The translations under genes were made by a program, and so were the position numbers. The notes under the pieces are model-generated. The model ran no database searches. It saw only the letters and a list, made by a program, of their open reading frames with translations, and had not been told where the DNA came from. Shown piece after piece: positions 44,705 to 50,498 of a DNA stretch of 50,498 nt. The stretch is taken from the IMG/VR virus record IMGVR_UViG_3300020442_000146, positions 1 through 50,498 of that record; one strand, 5' to 3'. Source of the stretch: a virus. Its lineage: Duplodnaviria > Caudoviricetes. The stretch's first letter is position 1. Every line of letters begins with the position of its first letter.

Positions 44705-46147
44705 TTAATCGGCTGTTGGAACAAATTGCGGTGTAGTTACGTTAAGCTTTTGCTCATTAGGCAAATTTCTATTAATTAAATTTATTTCATCTGAAGAAAG
44801 ATTTGGCGCTGATTGTATTGTTGCCCTACCCTGCAAAGATTTAAGAAGAGATTTGTAATCTTCTAAATATCGTTTTACTTTAGGTAACTCTTCTGTTGCT
44901 AAACTAATTGATTCAGGTTTTACTCTTGTTTTTCCACTAACAATGTTTTGGTAATGCATCACAGTATCCTCTAAAGCTTTAACCATAAGCTTTGATTTTT
45001 CTATGGCATCAGCAACACCAGTTCTAGTTGAGCTAGGATCAATAGTGTAGTTATCTAAAACCATTTGTCTGGTAAAGTTTGAAGGCCTTCCTTCAACTTC
45101 AACAGTAGCAGCAAGAACAGTATCAGCTTGTAGCTTTCTTAAAGCTGCATTTGCTTCACCAGCTTCATCAAAAATAAATTGTCCTGAAATAGCGTCTGAT
45201 ATTTTATTAACAATATTTTTACCAAAACCAGTAAGTCCTAACGCTTCTGTAGCATCCTTGCCAGCAAATGATCCATCTGACCCATCACCTGCTTTATCGC
45301 TTTGTATATTTAATTTTTCTTCTAAATCCTCAATATTGGCTGGTTTAAATTCAGTTCTTTCATTAGTAGCTATATTATATTTTTCAGCTATACCTGTAAC
45401 TGGATTAGGTACTATTTTAATTACACCATCAACTATACCTACGGCGTCAGCCCTAGATAAATTAAAATTCTTTTCTATTCTAGCAATTTCAGCTTCTTTT
45501 GCGCTTGGAGTAAGCGCAGCTTTTGCAGCATCTCTTTCCATACCGTATTGGTTTGAAAGACCTAAAAGTTTTTTCTTAAAATTAAAATTATAATCAGCTA
45601 AAAATGTTGCTTCCTCTAAACTTAATTGACTTTTGATTTTAGCAAGGTCTATTCCTAATGAATTTTGCAACTCCATTAACTTTACTCTATTGTCAAAATC
45701 AGCGCCTCTACTTAATTCCTGCCTTTGTCTTAATAATTCTTCCTGTTGCAGCATTTTTTTCAATTCAAATTGTTGATTTGCAAGATTTTGACTTGATGTA
45801 AAATCTCTTCCTGCGTCAGCTAATTGCATTTGCCTTTGAAACGCTAAATCAGCCGCAGAAGAAGCTCTAGCCGCAGCCCTTTGCTCACTTTCTATGTCAA
45901 ACATTAATTTGTAAGCATCAGCGCCTTTTAATTGACCTGTACCAACCATAGCAGCAAGCCTATTACCCATAGGCGTACCTAAACCTTTTAAATATTCAAC
46001 AGTTTTATTTTTTGCTCTGTTAGCTGTGCGCTGCTGCTGTATTGTTTGCAGCGCTTGATTAAGACCTCTATCAGGTTCAAATCTTAATGTATTAAATGCT
46101 CTTGCTGCTGCGCCTGCAAAGTCTCTAAAATCATAATCTTTAACCAT
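44705..46147 (-). CDS. Putative DNA-ejection protein, 480 aa
   Basis: Shares only its N-terminus (LQTIQQQRTANRAKNKTVEYL) with 6937..8058. Confidence 0.65.
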   Translation of the reverse strand: MVKDYDFRDFAGAAARAFNTLRFEPDRGLNQALQTIQQQRTANRAKNKTVEYLKGLGTPMGNRLAAMVGTGQLKGADAYKLMFDIESEQRAAARASSAADLAFQRQMQLADAGRDFTSSQNLANQQFELKKMLQQEELLRQRQELSRGADFDNRVKLMELQNSLGIDLAKIKSQLSLEEATFLADYNFNFKKKLLGLSNQYGMERDAAKAALTPSAKEAEIARIEKNFNLSRADAVGIVDGVIKIVPNPVTGIAEKYNIATNERTEFKPANIEDLEEKLNIQSDKAGDGSDGSFAGKDATEALGLTGFGKNIVNKISDAISGQFIFDEAGEANAALRKLQADTVLAATVEVEGRPSNFTRQMVLDNYTIDPSSTRTGVADAIEKSKLMVKALEDTVMHYQNIVSGKTRVKPESISLATEELPKVKRYLEDYKSLLKSLQGRATIQSAPNLSSDEINLINRNLPNEQKLNVTTPQFVPTAD

Positions 46148-46155
46148 GTTTCACC

Positions 46156-46833
46156 TTAAAATGATGGCATACCAGTTGCAGCAGAAGCGGCTGCTGTTAA
46201 ATAATCCATAATACCTAATTGTCTTGTTTGTGTTTGCGTTGTTGGTACTGGTGACGCACCTAATGCAGCTAAAGGTAACTGTAGCTTATTCATTGGTGCG
46301 TTGGCATAGTTGTTGTATTGATTTCTAGCAGAATCAATTAGAGCTTGCATGGCTTGCTGCTGCATTTGCCCTTGACGCATTTGTTGATCACCTAAAGCTT
46401 GACCATAGTTAAAAGATTGTGCGCCCATCCCTGCTAACTGCCCAGCCGCACCTAACTGCCTGCCTAAATCTGCCTGAGATGCGCTTAATGCAGTATTAAA
46501 ACCTTGCTGTCTCATTCTGTTTGCTTGATCAAACATTTGCTGAGTGTAGTTTTTTGCCATCTCAGCTTCAGCTATTCCGTGCCTAGAGCCACCAAACGCA
46601 TTTGCCGCAGTTGCTTGTGCGCCTAGCATATTTTGTGCATTTAATGCCTGACTACCTACATCCCTAAGTGTTTGCTGAACAACTTGGTTTTCATATGGGT
46701 TTTGGTAATTTGCCATTCCTTGCGCAGCAGTTTCATTTAAACCTTGCGCCGTTCTTCCCATAGCACCCATTTGCGCCTGAGATGCTTGATTGTATGGATT
46801 TGCCGTCATTGCTGGGTTTGCTGCGCCTGCCAT
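46156..46833 (-). CDS. Putative ejection/pilot protein, copy B
   Basis: Homolog of 8069..8701. Confidence 0.7.
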   Translation of the reverse strand: MAGAANPAMTANPYNQASQAQMGAMGRTAQGLNETAAQGMANYQNPYENQVVQQTLRDVGSQALNAQNMLGAQATAANAFGGSRHGIAEAEMAKNYTQQMFDQANRMRQQGFNTALSASQADLGRQLGAAGQLAGMGAQSFNYGQALGDQQMRQGQMQQQAMQALIDSARNQYNNYANAPMNKLQLPLAALGASPVPTTQTQTRQLGIMDYLTAAASAATGMPSF

Positions 46834-46834
46834 G

Positions 46835-47329
46835 TTACTTACCCCTTGCCATTGTGCTTCTTGATATAGGTTGCACCCCTATAGGTGAATTATTTGTATA
46901 GCCTGTTGGCGTAAAACTTTCTGCACTTCCCATTGGGGCAGCATTACTGCCTGCTTGACCTGTTTGTGGATTCATAAAAAATGTATCCATATATTGACTT
47001 TGCGCTGGTCTAAGTTGAGCTAAATTTTCTACAGATTGCTCATAAGTTGGCGCAGATGAGTACCCCATAACGCCGCCAGCAAACTCTGTTGCTTCAGGCA
47101 TATATTGACCAGCGCCGCTTTCCATTCCAAAAGCTGTGGCTGCATTTTGCGTGTTTTGAAACGCTGCATCCTGCATTGGCGTAAAAGCAGCTACATCAGG
47201 TCCGTAATAAGGTGTGTAACCTATATTAGATATTTTATCTGCAAGAGCTAAATTAGATTTAGCAGCATCCTCAATGTATGCTGGTATTTCTGTTTTTGTG
47301 GTTTTACCACCACCCTTATTACCGCTCAT
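46835..47329 (-). CDS. Putative internal virion protein, copy B
   Basis: Likely start MSGNKGG at 47329, PYYGPDVAAF motif. Confidence 0.65.
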   Translation of the reverse strand: MSGNKGGGKTTKTEIPAYIEDAAKSNLALADKISNIGYTPYYGPDVAAFTPMQDAAFQNTQNAATAFGMESGAGQYMPEATEFAGGVMGYSSAPTYEQSVENLAQLRPAQSQYMDTFFMNPQTGQAGSNAAPMGSAESFTPTGYTNNSPIGVQPISRSTMARGK

Positions 47330-47330
47330 C

Positions 47331-47705
47331 CTATATCTCCTTTTGAAATGAGGCGTGTAATGGTTTCCAGCCATGCGCCTTTAAAGGTTTCTTCCATCCA
47401 AAACGACCTGTAATCGTCAACGCCTCACACCCATAATGCTTTGCCCAACTTGTAACATCACTGTGCATATCTAACAACTGATCTAGCTCACCACCGCCTA
47501 AAAACACGTTTAGCACCTTTTTTCTAGGATATATCACAATTTCAGTAACAATGCACCCCCTTGGACTAGGCCATAATTGCATATTACCCTCAACAATACC
47601 TTTTGCCACATCCTTAAAATTATGCGTACCACCTGAATACTCTAAAGCCGCCTCAATCCAAGGGCGGCATCTTTCCAGTTCGTTAACTTGCGTATCTTTA
47701 GGCAT
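47331..47705 (-). CDS. Putative GNAT-like virion assembly protein, copy B
   Basis: Homolog of 9151..9525. Confidence 0.55.
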   Translation of the reverse strand: MPKDTQVNELERCRPWIEAALEYSGGTHNFKDVAKGIVEGNMQLWPSPRGCIVTEIVIYPRKKVLNVFLGGGELDQLLDMHSDVTSWAKHYGCEALTITGRFGWKKPLKAHGWKPLHASFQKEI

Positions 47706-48056
47706 TTACCATGTAGCTAGTGCTACCCTCTTCCAAATTGCACTACTTCCATCATAATCGGCAACACAAATATAAATATAATTTGTATCCCAAGCTATCA
47801 TTCCAGTTACATCGCCTACACTACCAGTGTTTGCACTAGGAGTAGGTTGTTTTGTTGCAAGCTGTCGAAAAGCATTATCGCTAGAAACAACTGCATATTT
47901 TTTAGTTTCATCCCACAATATAACGCCATTTTCTGATGGGTTATCGTCTGCGGATTTAAAATATAATTTACCTAAATTACGCTGCAAATAGTTAGTAAGT
48001 TGCCTACCCCATTGCGATAGGTCTTGGCTTATAACTGGCAAAATAGGAGCAGGCAT
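47706..48056 (-). CDS. Tail-associated protein, copy B (short variant)
   Basis: N-terminal ~65 aa homologous to 9518..10177, different C-terminus (WDTNYIYICVA...WKRVALATW). Confidence 0.6.
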   Translation of the reverse strand: MPAPILPVISQDLSQWGRQLTNYLQRNLGKLYFKSADDNPSENGVILWDETKKYAVVSSDNAFRQLATKQPTPSANTGSVGDVTGMIAWDTNYIYICVADYDGSSAIWKRVALATW

Positions 48057-49945
48057 TAACGTGTACCCCCTATTGTAGCCTCAAGTCGCATAATACCTAC
48101 ACGCCAATCAGCAGGCCGCACACCTGTTACCCTCATGCGAACTTGCCTGCCACTAAACCTAGCATCTGTTGGGTTAGCAGGCGTAAATGGGCCATGTGAT
48201 GTTTCTGTATCGTTAGGATGATACCTTGTTTTGAAGGTCATGCTTACATCACCTTGTGTAACCTCATCAGGTATAACTGACGTAACGTACATAATGTTTT
48301 CACCAGTACCAGCCGATACTGGCCCTGTTTCTGCAAAGATTGCACCGTTATCTACGTTATAGCCAACCTCATGCTCTTTTATATTAGCGTGTGTCGTATC
48401 CCAATCAGCCATCATAGGATACCTAAACACGCCACGTTGAACGCCAGACGTTCTTGATAGCTCACCAATCATCCAATGATTTTCATTGTAATCATAGGCA
48501 ACATAACGGTCTATTTCTATGCTGTTAGATGATGGGTAAAACCACCACACTTCGCCATATTGCGGTATGCCCATCGCCCATATTTTGGTTTGCTGAGAAG
48601 TATTAATATCACCAAAGATATAATCATGAACATCGCATTTTATGGTTTGCACTGTGTTACCATTGAACAAAAAGAAGTTTTCTTGCCCAATAAAAAACAC
48701 ACCTCGATCTGTGTCTACCGCTCCACGGCTCGTCACAGTGCCGCAGGAAGTGCCAACTCGCTCGAAGCCATAAACGTAGGGTGGCCCTTGATAACGCGCT
48801 GTGTGGGCGTCTACGTCAGTCAGAATAAGCGTTTGGCCTCTAGTTCTAACCGCTTGCATAATCTGCCCTGCGGTTTGTAACTCTATATCGCCTGCCTCGT
48901 TTGTTGCCGCAGGCGTCCATTGGTTTCGATCTTCTCTGTCACACCAAGATATTTTACGGCTATTACCACCAGAACCTAATGCAAAGATAAAACGCTCTTC
49001 AGTCACAACTAACCCAAGATTAGATAGTGGTGCATTTGTTATGGGTGTAGCTACTACAGCTAATTTAAGAGATGTTTCTGTAACGTTAACATTTTGCTCT
49101 GCATTAGTCGCAGGATAAATTTGTATTGTGACGCCAGTATCGTCTGTGTCAAATCTAAAAAAGCTATTACCAATAGGCAATGTCTTATCAAGTAAAACAG
49201 TCGTTGTTGTCGTGCCGATAATCTTAACTTTTAGTGACGGTATGGTTGTGGCGTCTGCATCTGCGTCAGGGTCAGTTACATTTATAGTAAAGTGATATTT
49301 CTTACCGCTTGTTAAGCCTGTTATAGCTTGCTCTAAGTTTGCAGCCGTTGTGCCTGTCCATTTAGCCTCACCGCCACTTATAGCCCAACCAGTGCCTAGC
49401 GTCCAATCTGTGCCTACGCTAAAGCTGTTGTTTGTTATTAGCTCTGAGCCGCTAACAATATTTAAATCCCACTCGACAAGTCTACCGTCATCATAATGGC
49501 AACCAACCATTAATTCGCCAAAGTTGTCTAATTGCCAAAATGTGGCAGGCTCTGGAATAGCGTTGGAAAGTTGCTGTCTTGGTGTACCCCAAAAACCTAC
49601 ACCATAAGCACCTTTACCAAATCCTGCGCTTACAGCCGCATCTATACGTCCAGTTGCTAAGTTATCTGGCGTAATGTCATAGCACAATCCACCGCCTGTC
49701 ATTGCAACTAATGAATTATGTGAACCGCCTGCTAACCATGTGCTTTGGTTAAGAGCTTCCCAAGCGTGCATACCTCTTATTGGCTGCAATGCAAAATCTT
49801 CTTTTCTGTTTTGCCAACCACCAATCGGACGCAATGAACCGTCTAGCCATCTAACTAAGCTACCCTCACGCCATCTGCCAGATTGCTCGTAGTCTGTTCC
49901 TATTCGGTAAAATCCAGATGGTATATCTAAAGGTACTAAAGTCAT
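48056..49945 (-). CDS. Tail hub/stabilisation protein, copy B
   Basis: 629 aa homolog of 10177..12066. Confidence 0.75.
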   Translation of the reverse strand: MTLVPLDIPSGFYRIGTDYEQSGRWREGSLVRWLDGSLRPIGGWQNRKEDFALQPIRGMHAWEALNQSTWLAGGSHNSLVAMTGGGLCYDITPDNLATGRIDAAVSAGFGKGAYGVGFWGTPRQQLSNAIPEPATFWQLDNFGELMVGCHYDDGRLVEWDLNIVSGSELITNNSFSVGTDWTLGTGWAISGGEAKWTGTTAANLEQAITGLTSGKKYHFTINVTDPDADADATTIPSLKVKIIGTTTTTVLLDKTLPIGNSFFRFDTDDTGVTIQIYPATNAEQNVNVTETSLKLAVVATPITNAPLSNLGLVVTEERFIFALGSGGNSRKISWCDREDRNQWTPAATNEAGDIELQTAGQIMQAVRTRGQTLILTDVDAHTARYQGPPYVYGFERVGTSCGTVTSRGAVDTDRGVFFIGQENFFLFNGNTVQTIKCDVHDYIFGDINTSQQTKIWAMGIPQYGEVWWFYPSSNSIEIDRYVAYDYNENHWMIGELSRTSGVQRGVFRYPMMADWDTTHANIKEHEVGYNVDNGAIFAETGPVSAGTGENIMYVTSVIPDEVTQGDVSMTFKTRYHPNDTETSHGPFTPANPTDARFSGRQVRMRVTGVRPADWRVGIMRLEATIGGTR

Positions 49946-49947
49946 GT

Positions 49948-50498
49948 TTACGTTTTCATAATATAAGCAAGTGCATAATAAGGTGGTCTGTTTTCGTGTG
50001 CGCCACCGCCGCCTGCGTTATCGACAGACAATGTGTGAGTATGTGCGCCGCCACTAGCAATGGTTACAGTGTGAGAGTGTGACCCTGCCGAAGATGTAGT
50101 GCCAGTTTGTGAGCCATTTGGATTATAAGTATTTGAATTGTAATCAATATCTATTCCCGGAACGAGAGCGCTTTGCAGGACATAACTATCAGTATAAGTA
50201 TGCGTGTGCGCTCCTGCACTGTTTGTCGTTCCAGTGTGCGTGTGTGCGCCGCCGCTTGCCGCCGTACCTGTGTGGCTGTGAGCAGGCAGTTCGCTAGTTG
50301 CTAGTGTCACATCATTTGCACCGCCTGTCGCACCTACTGCATACGTTCCGCTACTGTCTGAGTCGGCGTGAACAATAAATTTACCTGTTAAGTTAGGTGT
50401 GCCGTTTGTGCCATCGCATAATGCCCACCCTGTCGGTATCGTTGCAATCGTACCAGACCACATAATAATGCCCCCAGTAGGCATTGCCTTGTTAATAG
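49948..50498 (-). CDS. Tail fibre with collar domain, copy B (5' end off the window)
   Basis: Collar motif, five HxH motifs, HENRPPYYALAYIMKT. Frame is open to the window edge. Confidence 0.8.
   Translation of the reverse strand, partial: INKAMPTGGIIMWSGTIATIPTGWALCDGTNGTPNLTGKFIVHADSDSSGTYAVGATGGANDVTLATSELPAHSHTGTAASGGAHTHTGTTNSAGAHTHTYTDSYVLQSALVPGIDIDYNSNTYNPNGSQTGTTSSAGSHSHTVTIASGGAHTHTLSVDNAGGGGAHENRPPYYALAYIMKT

Overview
The window is a tailed dsDNA phage, most likely a marine podovirus with P22-like structural genes (host not determinable here). Positions 1-36739 look like one complete circularly permuted genome of about 36.7 kb. It holds a minus-strand virion module (TerS, TerL, basic micro-ORFs, adaptor, a modular fibre region, tail and ejection proteins, portal, scaffold, capsid), a non-coding strand-switch region with a dif-like XerCD site, and small early genes. 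It also holds a replication module (primase-helicase, SSB, PD-(D/E)XK exonuclease, resolvase) and lysis genes (GH19 endolysin, holin). Positions 36740-50498 are a second, diverged copy of the structural module. That copy begins with an exact 77-nt match to base 1, which points to an assembly chimera of two related phages. The standout element is at 31362-33090: a lone Cas7/RAMP-like gene, a GNRA hairpin, a 400-nt non-coding array of G(G/T)Y-NN pentamers cut into 7 units by GGCGGT(C/T) delimiters, and a downstream accessory gene. This is a candidate RNA-guided, non-CRISPR system of the VIPR type. No DNA polymerase, integrase, tRNA or canonical CRISPR array was seen.
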